Below, piece by piece: positions 30,140-40,489 of a stretch of 64,000 bases of DNA (its first letter is position 1; each line of letters starts with the position of its first letter). This DNA comes from an uncultured delta proteobacterium. Its GTDB lineage: Bacteria > Desulfobacterota > Binatia > UBA9968. The translations under genes and the position numbers were made by a program. Location: positions 224,001-288,000 of the forward strand of contig CAWDPO010000043.1 in NCBI GenBank assembly GCA_963804165.1. Direction: 5' to 3'. The notes below the pieces were generated by a model. It saw only the letters and a program-made list of their open reading frames with translations. It made no database searches and was not told where the DNA came from.

Positions 30140-31020
30140 TTATGCCGGCTTAAAAAGCTCGCTCTCGGCTTGGTACGCTTGCTGAATCTCTTCGATGGCC
30201 TGGCTCGTCGCATCGTCATCGGCACACTTGCACATGGCGAGCGCTTCAGCGGCAGGCGGCGCGGGCTCTGTGAAAAAACCCAGGTCGCACTTCGAACACA
30301 GATAGTCGGCCACCGTTAAAATCGCGCTCAATCTGTTGCCGCCGTCCATCTGTAAATCGCTATGGTGATTGAGAGCCGCCTGGGCGATCTGCGAGTCCAG
30401 GTTCCAGGAGTTAAGTAACGTAAACCCCATCAGCGTATGATCGAGCCCGTAACTCGCCTGTTCTTTATCGACAATCGCGCAAGGCGCCTGTTGTAATTCG
30501 CGGCCGAGTTTTTCATACGCCGCGGGATCGCCCTGAACCAGGATCATCTGTCCGACGTCGTGCATCAGCCCGGTGAGAAAGCCCAGCTCGCCGTCCCGCA
30601 CCCCGGCGCGCTCGCATAGATTTCGCATCGCCAATGCAACACCGAGCGAATGCTTCCATAGTCGCTCCGAAGTTTCATTGCCCTTAGTACAGAGACTGTG
30701 CGTCGCTTGCATCACGACAATACTTCTCAAGGTTCGCAAGCCGAGGACCTGCACGGCACTCAATAGAGTCGTCGGGAGATTACGCTGGGCATATTGGGGC
30801 GAGCGGGAAACGGTCAATACCCTAGCCGAAAGCCAACGTCGTCGGCCAACACACGGCTAAGTTTTTGGATGCTGATACCCGGATCCTGGATCATCTCCAA
30901 AACTTTGCTCGCCACCACCGGCAGTGACGGGAGCTTATGATTGTCGAGAACTTCCCGGTAATAATTCCGCACATTTTGTTCACCCGAAGCAGCCGTATCG
31001 GACACCATGTTGGACGCCAT
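30140..31020 (-). CDS. HDOD domain protein, frameshift near 30820
   Basis: LPSLPVVA, WKHS, GLMHDVG, LDHTLMG, NHH; GGAGG RBS. Confidence 0.85.
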
Positions 31021-31122
31021 ATCTACATCCTCCAATTCAGGAGATCGGCGAAACAATACAGAGCTTTAGCGTCTATTTCCGGCAAAAAAGCTCCCGCGGC
31101 GGGAGTCGGCGGGTGAGTAAGC

Positions 31123-31542
31123 TTACTTCTTCGCGCGCGATGTGACGTTTACGTCAGGCATGCCGGGCAGGCGACAGGCGCGCGAGATCCGATGACGATT
31201 ATTGGCAAAGGCACGGTAACCGGCATCGAACAATTGTCGCAAGATCGGCAGGATCGAAAGATAATACAGCGGCGTCGCCCACCAGACGCGTCGCATCAAG
31301 TATCGATAGACGTCCGCGCCGGCCAGTCTGTCGCCGTCGGCAAGCAGCAGGCGAAAATCGGAGGCTAGTTCTCGCTCGGTCAGAGCGAACTTGCCCGCCA
31401 CCCAATCGGCCTGCAGTGGCGCGATACGAAATCCGCGCTTGTGAAGCGTGTTCTCCCAAAATGGCACCCAGCGGCTGCAGAAACCGCAGGTTCCATCGTA
31501 AAGCACCCAACCCTTTATGGGCGGGTTTTCGGGGTCCATCAT
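31123..31542 (-). CDS. DCC1/DUF393 thiol-disulfide oxidoreductase-like protein
   Basis: VLYDGTCGFC (DxxCxxC) and YRAFANNR. Confidence 0.85.
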   Translation of the reverse strand: MMDPENPPIKGWVLYDGTCGFCSRWVPFWENTLHKRGFRIAPLQADWVAGKFALTERELASDFRLLLADGDRLAGADVYRYLMRRVWWATPLYYLSILPILRQLFDAGYRAFANNRHRISRACRLPGMPDVNVTSRAKK

Positions 31543-31548
31543 AACAAA

Positions 31549-32288
31549 TTATTCAATTCTTTTGCCGCGATATACAGTCACTTCCGACCCTTCCGCGAGA
31601 AACGCCGATGAAGGCGCCCCACTCAGCGCTCGCGTGAATTGCTTGCCATAAAATTCTTCCACATCGCAGTCGAGACGGCAACTTCGCGCTTGCCACACAC
31701 GCCAAAGCGGATGCTCGACGCGATACTCGACGGTGCCACCGTCTTTTTGAACAGAATACCCCCAATAATGCTGCGCGATAAACTCTTCTTCGGTTCCCGC
31801 GGCAATGGGAATCGGCACGCCGCGCGTCACCAGCTCGATGAAGTGACCTCGGTTACGAAAGGTCCAATAGTATTTCACCGATTCGACTTGGGTAGAGTTG
31901 TCCGGCGATCGAAGAATCTCATTGCTAGTCGGCAAAGTCACGTAGTTTTCATTGTATAGCCAGCGCGCGGTCAAAGCGATCGCCGCCCGCGGCACAATCT
32001 CTTTTATGAAAACGACCCCCGTCGCCAACCATCATCGGCTTTGCGTCGCACGTAGAAACGCAGATTGATTTCTTCGAAATTTTGATGAAACGGAAGTGAC
32101 AATCCCATCACCCGCGTGTTGAGAAAAAGAAACCCGACCATGCTGGCAAATGTCTTACCGCTCCAGGAATCCAATTCAGTGCCTTTCGGCACGAATGGCA
32201 CCAGAACCGCCGGCTCGATCTCATAATTGAGCATGGCGAGATAGCGCCATTTAGCTGTGAGGAACGGTTTGCCGAAATTATCAGCCAT
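31549..32288 (-). CDS. YqjF/DUF2071 family protein, frameshift near 32020
   Basis: FLTAKWRYLAMLNY, FEEINLRFYV, HYWGY, YRVEHPLW. Confidence 0.82.
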
Positions 32289-32311
32289 GACCGTCGAGGA
32301 CGATACCCGAA

Positions 32312-32665
32312 CTATTTTTTAGCTCTGCTCCAACCGTGGCTCAGGACATTCACGACCAATGGAATGAGGAAGATGCCGATAAAATGTAGCGTTTTCAGTG
32401 GCAGGTCGATCCAATAGAACTTGACTGTCAGCAGCACAAGAACAGCCGCGGACGACAATGTTACGCCGGTGGCAATAAACCTTTGCTCCCTGTCAAAGGT
32501 CAAGAACAATTTGACAGTAACGAAGCCCAGGAAGAGTGTCAGGAGCAGCGAGCCTAAAATCGCCCGCGGGACACCGAACGGATTTTCGAAACTGAGCGCG
32601 CCAACGGCAACGATAATCCAGACAACGACCTGAAACAGGAATTCCTTTACGTTGAGTGCAGACAT
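32312..32665 (-). CDS. Small 4-TM membrane protein
   Basis: Four hydrophobic segments; co-oriented and tightly packed in the operon. Confidence 0.6.
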   Translation of the reverse strand: MSALNVKEFLFQVVVWIIVAVGALSFENPFGVPRAILGSLLLTLFLGFVTVKLFLTFDREQRFIATGVTLSSAAVLVLLTVKFYWIDLPLKTLHFIGIFLIPLVVNVLSHGWSRAKK

Positions 32666-32689
32666 GAAATATTTGGGGATTAGCGGCCT

Positions 32690-33031
32690 TTAGACTTTTT
32701 CATCTTCCGGAACTGAATCCGTTACCAAGTCCCGAATCAGCGGTCGCTTCGGTAACGGCTCTACCGTGATCAATTCCGGCGTCAGTTTGGCGATGCAGGT
32801 GTACTCCACCTCGCCGTTAACCAGCGCCATGCAGGTTTTGCAGGCGTTGGCATTGATGCAGCTGTAGCGGATCGCCAGCGTGCTATCCAGGTTCGCGCGA
32901 ATCCAACGCAACGCGTCGAGCACGGACATACCGTCTTCATAGGGCACGTCGAAGTCGTCGTAATAACGCTTCCCCTCCGGCATGCCGCGGCTGATGCGCA
33001 GACGCGCCGTTTTGTTCTTTCGCTCAACCAT
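32690..33031 (-). CDS. Stand-alone 2Fe-2S domain related to the SdhB/FrdB N-terminus
   Basis: SVLDALRWI...RYSCINANACKTC...TC...VEPL...IRDLVTD; ends before any 4Fe-4S domain. Confidence 0.82.
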   Translation of the reverse strand: MVERKNKTARLRISRGMPEGKRYYDDFDVPYEDGMSVLDALRWIRANLDSTLAIRYSCINANACKTCMALVNGEVEYTCIAKLTPELITVEPLPKRPLIRDLVTDSVPEDEKV

Positions 33032-34730
33032 GAATTGCTTGACTGCGATCGAGTCGGCTGGGGACGATCCATCGAGTTGCCATTTCGCCGTCTTTGATCT
33101 CCATCACCTGGTTTTTGAGGAAGCGATAATCCGCGATCGGAAAATCTTCTCTTTGATGAGCGCCGCGGCTCTCCGGTCGCGCTAACGCCGAACGGACGAC
33201 CGTCTCAGCGGTCGTGAGCATCGCGCGTAGCTCGAACCAGTCGTGCAAGTCCGGATTGAAGCGATGTTCGCTGCCGACTTTACACTCCGTCAACTCTTTC
33301 TTCTGCATCTCTTCGATCCGTGACAACGCCGCCGTCAGTTTATCGCCGGTCCGAAACGGCCCGGCTTGCTCCCACATCAGCTTCTGCAGTTCAACTTGCA
33401 GCGCAATCGGCGCCATACCGTTTTCTGCGGACATTTCGCGGAGTGATTTCAAACACTCGATCGTTTCGTCGGCAAATTTCTCGTCCCAATCGGCGCGCGC
33501 TCGCCGCGCCGCGTCGGCGGCATTCGTACCCGCGCGCTCGCCGAAGACGAACGCTTCGGTGATCGCGTTGCCGGACAGCCGATTCGCCCCGTTGGAACCG
33601 CCGACCGCTTCGCCGGCGGCGTACAATCCATCGACCCGAGTTTTCATATTCACGTCGACGCGAATTCCGCCCATGTGATAGTGCGCCATCGGACCGACTT
33701 CCACGGGCGTTTTCGTGAGATCGATGCCGTTGACAAGCAAGCGGTCGATCACGGGTCCAAAGGCGGCGCGAAGATGCGCTTCAGGAATGTGGCGGAAGTC
33801 GAGATAAGCCCCGCCATGCGGCGTGCCTCGGCCGGCTTCGACTTCTTTCAGGATCGCATATGCGGCGACGTCGCGGGTGGCATTGTATTGACCGAAATCC
33901 GTGCTGCCATAGCGGTCGATGAACTCTTCGAATTGTCCGTTGAGCAGTTTGCCGCCGAGCTTGTAGCGAAACGGGTCCCACATGATCGGATCCATGCCGA
34001 CGAGCCGTGGCGCGAGATGGCCGATGGGGAAAAATTGTACGAACTCCATGTCGACGAGCTCCGCGCCAGCCCACAACGCCAGCGCGTACGCTTCGCCGCC
34101 CATATTCGCCGAAGCGCTGTTACGCTCAAAAAGTTTCGTCAGCCCGCCCGCGGCGAGAACCACGGATTTGGCATGAATCGCAATCAACTCGCCATCGACG
34201 AGATCGAGCACAACCGCGCCGATCGCACTCCCATCGCGCACGATAATTTCAACCGCCGCAAGATTGCTGATGCGTCGAATAGCCGAAGACTCGCTCACCT
34301 TGCGTCTAAGAGTGGCGGCGACGGCGGGGCCGGTATTGAGAAAGTCGACGTAACAGCAGCGCTTGACGCTGTGGCCCGGTGCCATTTCTTGTTTGATGCG
34401 GTCGTTTTCCCGCGCCCAACGCGTGCCCCACTGCTCCATCTCGCGGATGCGTTTCGGCGCTTCCACGCATACGAGCGCGGCCAGCTCTTCGTTGCACAGA
34501 CCGCGTCCAGCCTTCAGGGTGTCTTCGAGATGCAGTTCGACGGAGTCCGGCTCCTGTTCGCCCAGAGCCACGGCGACGGTCATCTGCGCCATGATCGTCG
34601 CCCCACCGCGGCCGACCTGGCCTTTGTCGAGGAGCAGCACCGACGCGCCGTGTTGCGCTGCGGCGATCGCCGCGTACATGCCGGCGCCGCCGGCGCCGAT
34701 CACCAGCACATCTGTGGAGAGATGGGGCAT
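33024..34730 (-). CDS. SdhA/FrdA/NadB-superfamily flavoprotein with a divergent active site
   Basis: IGAGGAG, LAAGG, DMEFVQF, AHYHMGG, GANRLSGN, ESRGAH. Confidence 0.88.
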   Translation of the reverse strand: MPHLSTDVLVIGAGGAGMYAAIAAAQHGASVLLLDKGQVGRGGATIMAQMTVAVALGEQEPDSVELHLEDTLKAGRGLCNEELAALVCVEAPKRIREMEQWGTRWARENDRIKQEMAPGHSVKRCCYVDFLNTGPAVAATLRRKVSESSAIRRISNLAAVEIIVRDGSAIGAVVLDLVDGELIAIHAKSVVLAAGGLTKLFERNSASANMGGEAYALALWAGAELVDMEFVQFFPIGHLAPRLVGMDPIMWDPFRYKLGGKLLNGQFEEFIDRYGSTDFGQYNATRDVAAYAILKEVEAGRGTPHGGAYLDFRHIPEAHLRAAFGPVIDRLLVNGIDLTKTPVEVGPMAHYHMGGIRVDVNMKTRVDGLYAAGEAVGGSNGANRLSGNAITEAFVFGERAGTNAADAARRARADWDEKFADETIECLKSLREMSAENGMAPIALQVELQKLMWEQAGPFRTGDKLTAALSRIEEMQKKELTECKVGSEHRFNPDLHDWFELRAMLTTAETVVRSALARPESRGAHQREDFPIADYRFLKNQVMEIKDGEMATRWIVPSRLDRSQAIHG

Positions 34731-34769
34731 AGCGGATTCGTTACCCCGTGGATAATGTGAAAGTTCCGC

Positions 34770-35507
34770 TCAGTCCGCTGCGGGTTGCTCGCCGCTCTTC
34801 TGCAATTCGCCGAGAGCTCGCTTCGCGGCTTCCTGTTCGGATTGTTTTTTGCTCTTGCCCTCGCCGATTCCCAAGACTCTGCCGCCGACAGCGATCTCGG
34901 TGACGAATCGCTTCTCGTGATCCGGTCCGGTCTCGGCAACGATACGATAAACGGGCGGAGCGTGAAACAGCATCTGGCTGATTTCCTGAAGTCTCGTCTT
35001 GTAGTCGTGTTGACCGAGCTTCTTCGCCGATACATCGTCGACGAAAAATCGCTGCACCACCGCGCGGGCAGCTTCATAACCGCCATCCTGATAGACGCCG
35101 CCCAGGATCGCCTCGAAGGCGCCGGCGAGGATCGAGGGTTTGCTGCGGCCACCGCTCCATTCCTCGCCTTTGCCGATGCGCAACAACGGACCAAAATTGA
35201 GCATTGCCGCTTTTTCCGCGAGCACGGCAGAGTTCACCAGTGCCGCGCGCATTTTTGACAGAACGCCTTCGCTCTTATCAGGATTGCCCCGAATCAATAA
35301 ATCGCTCACCGCCAGATCGAGCACCGCGTCGCCGAGGAATTCCAACACTTCGTTGTGCCCCTCGCTCTTTTTTCGTTCGTAGGAGACATGGGTCAGGCAG
35401 CGCAGCAATAACACGGGATCCTTAAAGTGATATCCCAGCTCTTTTTGCAAAACACCGAGTTGAGTTTCGTTCTTCAATCCAAGCCTATTGTGAAACTTTG
35501 GCGGCAA
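34770..35507 (-). CDS. rnc: Ribonuclease III
   Basis: NEVLEFLGDAVL, AFEAILG, dsRBD DYKTRLQE...GKSKKQSEQEAA. Confidence 0.95.
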   Translation of the reverse strand: MPPKFHNRLGLKNETQLGVLQKELGYHFKDPVLLLRCLTHVSYERKKSEGHNEVLEFLGDAVLDLAVSDLLIRGNPDKSEGVLSKMRAALVNSAVLAEKAAMLNFGPLLRIGKGEEWSGGRSKPSILAGAFEAILGGVYQDGGYEAARAVVQRFFVDDVSAKKLGQHDYKTRLQEISQMLFHAPPVYRIVAETGPDHEKRFVTEIAVGGRVLGIGEGKSKKQSEQEAAKRALGELQKSGEQPAAD

Positions 35508-36834
35508 GTGCGGCGTGCACGGGAATATCGGAACCCATCTCGCAAATTGTTCCCGTCAGCCAGCCGTTGCTGAGTCCATCGAGTTCGACGCTCACTTCCC
35601 GATTTGATAAATCGCCTCCCGCCGGCAAAATAACCGGTAGATAATTTCGGCTGAAGCCGCGCCGAAACCCCGTCGAGCCATCGACTTGTTCTTCGACCAA
35701 CACCGAAACTCGACGGCCGAGAAAACTCGAACAAAAGTCAAGTTTCTTGCGCGCGCCTAATTGGCGCATGCGCCGCGCGCGCGCTTTTTTTACCGCTCCG
35801 GGCACATGATTTGCCAGGGACGCCGCGGCCGTTCCGCGGCGCGACGAGTAAGGAAAAACGTGAAAATAAGTGAGCGGCAATGATTCGAAAAAATTGACGG
35901 AGCTTTCGAACTGAGCATCGCTCTCGCCCGGAAACCCAACGATGATATCGCTGCCCAGAGCGGCCTCGGGCAAACGCTCACGTACCCGCGCCAGCAGGTC
36001 GCGATAGTAGTTTGTGTCATAGTTGCGCCGCATTTGTTTAAGAATCTCGTCGTCGCCGGCCTGCGCGCAGATATGCAAATGGGGACAAACAACCTCTGAG
36101 CCGCCGATTAAGTTTAGCAATCGGTCCGGCACCTCGCGCGGATCCAGGGAGCTCAATCGCAGCCGGGAGATCAGTCCGCTATCGGCGATCATTTCGACGA
36201 GAGCCGTAAGATCGATCCTCGGATGCAAATCTTGGCCGTAACCGCCGAGATGAATGCCGGTAAGAACGATTTCTTTGTATCCATTGCCGGCCAACTGGCG
36301 CACCTGATCCATCACCTCGCGCGGTGGCACGCTACGGCTTATCCCGCGCGCCGTCGGAATGATGCAATAGGTGCAGGAATAATTACAGCCCTCCTGAATT
36401 TTTAGAAATGCCCGCGTGTGGCCCGGCAACGCTCGAGTGCCGAGCATGGGCACGCCGCGCTCCCGCTTCACGTCGCTGACGGCAATCTGTGCCGCGCCCG
36501 CCGGAGCAGTCTCCACGAAGCGAAGTAAATCATCCAGCCGGTTCAGACCGACAACGTAGTCGACGCCGGGAACTTCGGCGACCTCCCGCGAATTCACTTG
36601 CGCATAGCAGCCTGTAACGAGTACTTTCGCCGCGGGATTTCGGCGTTTCGCCCGACGCACGAGCTGGCGCGCTTCCCAGTCCGCTCTGTCAGTCACGGTG
36701 CAGGTATTGATCAGGTAGCAATCCGCAAACTCATCGAACGGTACGAACAAATGCTTCTCTTCCAAACGATTTTGAATCACCGCGGAATCGTATTGGTTGA
36801 TCTTGCAGCCGAGTGTTGTGATGGCGATACGCAT
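35485..36834 (-). CDS. mtaB: tRNA t6A37 methylthiotransferase
   Basis: TLGCKIN, NTCTVT, LKIQEGCNYSCTYCIIP, HVFPYS. Confidence 0.92.
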   Translation of the reverse strand: MRIAITTLGCKINQYDSAVIQNRLEEKHLFVPFDEFADCYLINTCTVTDRADWEARQLVRRAKRRNPAAKVLVTGCYAQVNSREVAEVPGVDYVVGLNRLDDLLRFVETAPAGAAQIAVSDVKRERGVPMLGTRALPGHTRAFLKIQEGCNYSCTYCIIPTARGISRSVPPREVMDQVRQLAGNGYKEIVLTGIHLGGYGQDLHPRIDLTALVEMIADSGLISRLRLSSLDPREVPDRLLNLIGGSEVVCPHLHICAQAGDDEILKQMRRNYDTNYYRDLLARVRERLPEAALGSDIIVGFPGESDAQFESSVNFFESLPLTYFHVFPYSSRRGTAAASLANHVPGAVKKARARRMRQLGARKKLDFCSSFLGRRVSVLVEEQVDGSTGFRRGFSRNYLPVILPAGGDLSNREVSVELDGLSNGWLTGTICEMGSDIPVHAALAAKVSQ

Positions 36835-36849
36835 GCCTTCGCTTGGCTC

Positions 36850-36922
36850 AGAATTTCAAATTTCAGGTTCCAGATCGCTAAGGTTTCAGTATCCGAGATT
36901 TGGAATGTGAAATCTCGAATTT
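36850..36922. repeat. Inverted pair of 7-mer tandem repeats at the mnmA/mtaB junction
   Basis: atttcaa atttcag gttccag ... ccgagat ttggaat gtgaaat ctcgaat. Confidence 0.6.
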
Positions 36923-36941
36923 TGTAATTGCGCGCGCTGCT

Positions 36942-38012
36942 CTAGGAGTGCAGCGCGCACTCGATCCATCCTCCGCCGAGCAATTGATCACCGCGATAAA
37001 ATACCGCCGCTTGTCCCGGCGTCACTGCCATAGCAGGCGCTTCGAATCGAACCTCGCAGTCGTTGGCACCGCTCGGTCGAATGCGGCAGGGAATGGCAGT
37101 AGAACGATAGCGAATCTGCACTTCGGCCTCGATGTCCGTATCCATTGGCGCCTCGATCCAGTTCACCGAACGTGCGAGCAATCCGGCGCAGCTCAGTTCG
37201 TGCTTCTTACCGACCACGACGCGCTTTGACTCGTCATCGATCTCCACGACATAGAGCGGTTCGTTCGCCGCTATCCCCAAACCTCGGCGCTGCCCAACCG
37301 TAAGCGTATGAACGCCGCCGTGCCGGCCGAGTAGTTTGCCCGACCGATCGACCACGTCACCCCCGTCAAGCTCACTTTCCTTGGCATAAGCCGCCACCAG
37401 CTCCTTGTAGTCGCCGAAGCAAATATCCTGGCTCTCCGGCCGCTCAGCCGCGGGCAAATTCAACGCACGCGCCTTTTCGCGCACTTGTGTCTTTTGCATG
37501 TCGCCGAGCGGAAAAACAGTGTGCGCGAGCTGATCTTGTGATAGCGCGAATAAAAAATAAGACTGATCCTTGCCACGGTCGGCGCCGCGCAGCAACGACG
37601 TGCATCGGGATAGATCGTCGCGCACCACTCTCGCGTAATGTCCGGTGGCGACACAATCAGCGCCCTGCTCCTTGGCCCATCGAAGCAGCGTGCCCAGCTT
37701 GAAGTCTCGGTTGCAGGCCACGCACGGGTTGGGCGTGCGGCCGTGGAGATAATCCCGAGCAAACGGTTTTACCACCGTCTCGGCAAACTGTCCGCGCAGA
37801 TCAAGCAGTGTGTGCGGAATGCCAAGATGCTCGGCGACTTCCTTGGCGCCGCGGTGATCCGAACATACCCGCGGCCCCTGCTCTCCTTCCCACATGCGCA
37901 GAGAAACGCCCAGCACATCGTAGCCCTGCTCAACGAGCAACGCCGCCGTCACCGAGCTATCGACGCCGCCGCTCATGGCGACGACGACCTTATGCTTTTG
38001 CGCATTCATCAA
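36942..38012 (-). CDS. mnmA: tRNA 2-thiouridylase
   Basis: AMSGGVDSS, TPNPCVACN, ATGHY, KDQSYFL, ESQDICF, TPGQAAV. Confidence 0.96.
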   Translation of the reverse strand: MMNAQKHKVVVAMSGGVDSSVTAALLVEQGYDVLGVSLRMWEGEQGPRVCSDHRGAKEVAEHLGIPHTLLDLRGQFAETVVKPFARDYLHGRTPNPCVACNRDFKLGTLLRWAKEQGADCVATGHYARVVRDDLSRCTSLLRGADRGKDQSYFLFALSQDQLAHTVFPLGDMQKTQVREKARALNLPAAERPESQDICFGDYKELVAAYAKESELDGGDVVDRSGKLLGRHGGVHTLTVGQRRGLGIAANEPLYVVEIDDESKRVVVGKKHELSCAGLLARSVNWIEAPMDTDIEAEVQIRYRSTAIPCRIRPSGANDCEVRFEAPAMAVTPGQAAVFYRGDQLLGGGWIECALHS

Positions 38013-38050
38013 ACGATTGGAACTTTTGGAACCGCTGGAACGATTGGAAC
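38012..38050. repeat. 9-mer tandem repeat (TGGAAC core, 4 copies) at the cysE/mnmA junction
   Basis: gattggaac ttttggaac cgctggaac gattggaac. Confidence 0.7.
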
Positions 38051-38072
38051 ATCCTTCCGACTAATGCCTTCT

Positions 38073-38807
38073 TCAGCTTCCGGTATTTTTCAACAGCTCT
38101 TTAATCTTGTTGAGCTCTTCGCTTTCCTCGGCGGTTTTTTCTTCCAGTCCGCCTTGCCGATCAGTCAACTCGTCGACGCGCTTTTCCAATTTTTCGATAT
38201 AGTCGGCTAGCCCACCGATCGCTTTGGCGACAAGGTCGGGCAGATCCGCTGAGTTAAGATCGATGATCGCCGTGCCTGCCTCGGTGTGTCTTGCCTCCGC
38301 CCTCACGATCCTCCCGGGGATGCCGACCACCGTCGAATGCGCCGGCACCGAGGTCACCAGCACCGAACCGGCGCCCACGCGGCTATGGCGGCCAACCGTC
38401 ACCGGTCCAAGTACCGCTGCGCCGCTGAAGATCGTCACCGAATCCTCGATCGTCGGGTGGCGTTTGATCGGCTTCGTCGAGGTGCCGCCGAGTGTAACTC
38501 CCTGGTAGAGCGTCACGTCGTCGCCAATCTCGCTCGTCTCGCCGATCACCACGCCCATGCCGTGATCGATAAAAAAGCGCCGGCCGATTTTCGCTCCGGG
38601 ATGAATCTCTATCCCGGTGAGAAAGCGGCCAACATGGCTTATGAAGCGCGCGAGAGTGGTGAGATTCCGTTGCCAGAGCCAATGCGCCAGCCGGTGCAGC
38701 AAGACCGCATGAAAACCGGGATAGGCGAGCGCGATCTCCCACCTGGAGCGCAAGGCCGGGTCGCGCTGGGAAATGACCTGGATATCTTCTTTAATTCTTT
38801 CCCACAT
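38073..38807 (-). CDS. cysE: Serine O-acetyltransferase
   Basis: [34 protein letters not shown]. Confidence 0.95.
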   Translation of the reverse strand: MWERIKEDIQVISQRDPALRSRWEIALAYPGFHAVLLHRLAHWLWQRNLTTLARFISHVGRFLTGIEIHPGAKIGRRFFIDHGMGVVIGETSEIGDDVTLYQGVTLGGTSTKPIKRHPTIEDSVTIFSGAAVLGPVTVGRHSRVGAGSVLVTSVPAHSTVVGIPGRIVRAEARHTEAGTAIIDLNSADLPDLVAKAIGGLADYIEKLEKRVDELTDRQGGLEEKTAEESEELNKIKELLKNTGS

Positions 38808-38821
38808 GACCGAAGACCCGG

Positions 38822-38904
38822 GGAGTTGGAGTGGTGGAGTATTGGAGTAATGGGTCGAAATGCCAAGCCCAATACCCCATCACTCCACCACTCCATTACT
38901 CCAG
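38822..38904. repeat. Inverted pair of 8-mer TGGAGTNN tandem repeats at the cimA/cysE junction
   Basis: tggagtgg tggagtat tggagtaa tggg ... caatacccc atcactcc accactcc attactcc. Confidence 0.75.
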
Positions 38905-38908
38905 TGCC

Positions 38909-40489
38909 TCAATTCGCTCGATGCCTTGCGTCCTTATAAAGTTTGTAGTCGATGCTGTCGACCAACGCCTGCCAACTCGCTTCGATCACATTGTGCGACA
39001 CTCCCACCGTGCCCCAACGCTCTTTACCGTCGCCGGACTCGATCAAGACGCGGACGATCGCGCCGGTGCCCTCTCCCGAAGAGAGCACGCGGACCTTGTA
39101 ATCTAACAGCTCCACTTGATCGAGCGACGGATAGAACTTGGTGAGCGCGCGGCGCAGCGCCTGATCGAGGGCATTGACCGGGCCGTTGCCCATCGCCGCA
39201 GCGTGTTCCATCACGCCATCCACTCGCACCATGATCGTCGCTTCGGAGATCGGCGCCTCGCCCTCGTTGCGCTTTTCGTCGATCACCCGAAAGCCGACCA
39301 GGTTGAAATTCTTTTTTTTCCTGCCGAGCGCTTCCTGGATCAAAAGCTCGAACGAAGCCTCCGCGGCTTGGAACTCGTATCCCTGGCCTTCCAGCTCTTT
39401 GGTGCGCCGCAGAATATCCCTGACGGCGTCGCCTTTGTCTTTGAGGTCGATGCCGTACTCTTTGCCTTTGTAAACGACGTTGCTCCTGCCCGATAAATCC
39501 GAAACGAGGACCCGCTGGCGATTGCCGACAAGTTCCGGATCGATGTGCTCGTAGGTCTCGCGGTTCTTGAGCACGCCCGAAACATGCAGCCCTCCCTTAT
39601 GCGCGAATGCGCTGTCGCCGACATACGCTTGGCGCTTGTTCGGTTGAATATTTGCCAGCTCGTAGAAAAGCTGCGAGACTTCGCGGAGCTTTTTGAGCTG
39701 CGCCGGTGTCACGCATTTCTTGGCCATTTTCAATTGCAAATTGGCAATCACGGAAATCAAGTTCACGTTGCCGCAGCGCTCGCCGAAGCCGTTGATCGTT
39801 CCCTGAACTTGGGTCGCGCCCATTTCCACCGCGGCGAGCGTGTTGGCGACAGCCAATTCGCCGTCGTTGTGGCAGTGTATGCCCAGAGGCGTCTTGATGA
39901 CTCGATTGACGTGCGCGAGCGCTTCGCGAATGTCGCCCGGCAGCCGCCCGCCGTTGGTTTCGCAAAGCACGACCCAATCCGCGCCGCCGTCCTGCGCCGC
40001 TTTGAGGCACTCTACGGCATAGTCGGGATTGGCGCGAAAGCCGTCGAAAAAATGCTCGGCGTCGAAAATGACTTCATCGACCCGTTTCTTCATGAAAGCG
40101 ATGGAGTCGGCGATGACGTCCAGATTTGCCTTCTGGCTGATGCGCAAATCGTCGCGCACATGCATATCCCAAGTCTTGCCCACCAGCGTGACCACCGAAG
40201 TGTCGGCGCCAAGCAGCGCCTTGAGATTGGTATCCTGCGACGGCTTGACGCCGAATTTTCTTGTCGTGCCGAAGGCGGCGATCCTGGCGTTTTTGAGCTT
40301 GAGTTTTTCAACTTCCTTGAAAAAATCCGCGTCGCGCTCATTGGAGCCCGGATAGCCGCCCTCGATGTAGTCGATACCCATCTCGTCCAGCTTCGCGGCG
40401 ATGCGAAGCTTATCCTCCAGCGTAAATGAGACATCCTCCGCCTGGCAACCGTCCCTGAGCGTCGTGTCGTAGAGTAAAACGTCCTTCAT
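38909..40489 (-). CDS. cimA: Citramalate synthase
   Basis: YDTTLRDG, FDAEHFFDG, HCHND, AFAHKGG, WGTVGVSHNVIEASW. Confidence 0.9.
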   Translation of the reverse strand: MKDVLLYDTTLRDGCQAEDVSFTLEDKLRIAAKLDEMGIDYIEGGYPGSNERDADFFKEVEKLKLKNARIAAFGTTRKFGVKPSQDTNLKALLGADTSVVTLVGKTWDMHVRDDLRISQKANLDVIADSIAFMKKRVDEVIFDAEHFFDGFRANPDYAVECLKAAQDGGADWVVLCETNGGRLPGDIREALAHVNRVIKTPLGIHCHNDGELAVANTLAAVEMGATQVQGTINGFGERCGNVNLISVIANLQLKMAKKCVTPAQLKKLREVSQLFYELANIQPNKRQAYVGDSAFAHKGGLHVSGVLKNRETYEHIDPELVGNRQRVLVSDLSGRSNVVYKGKEYGIDLKDKGDAVRDILRRTKELEGQGYEFQAAEASFELLIQEALGRKKKNFNLVGFRVIDEKRNEGEAPISEATIMVRVDGVMEHAAAMGNGPVNALDQALRRALTKFYPSLDQVELLDYKVRVLSSGEGTGAIVRVLIESGDGKERWGTVGVSHNVIEASWQALVDSIDYKLYKDARHRAN

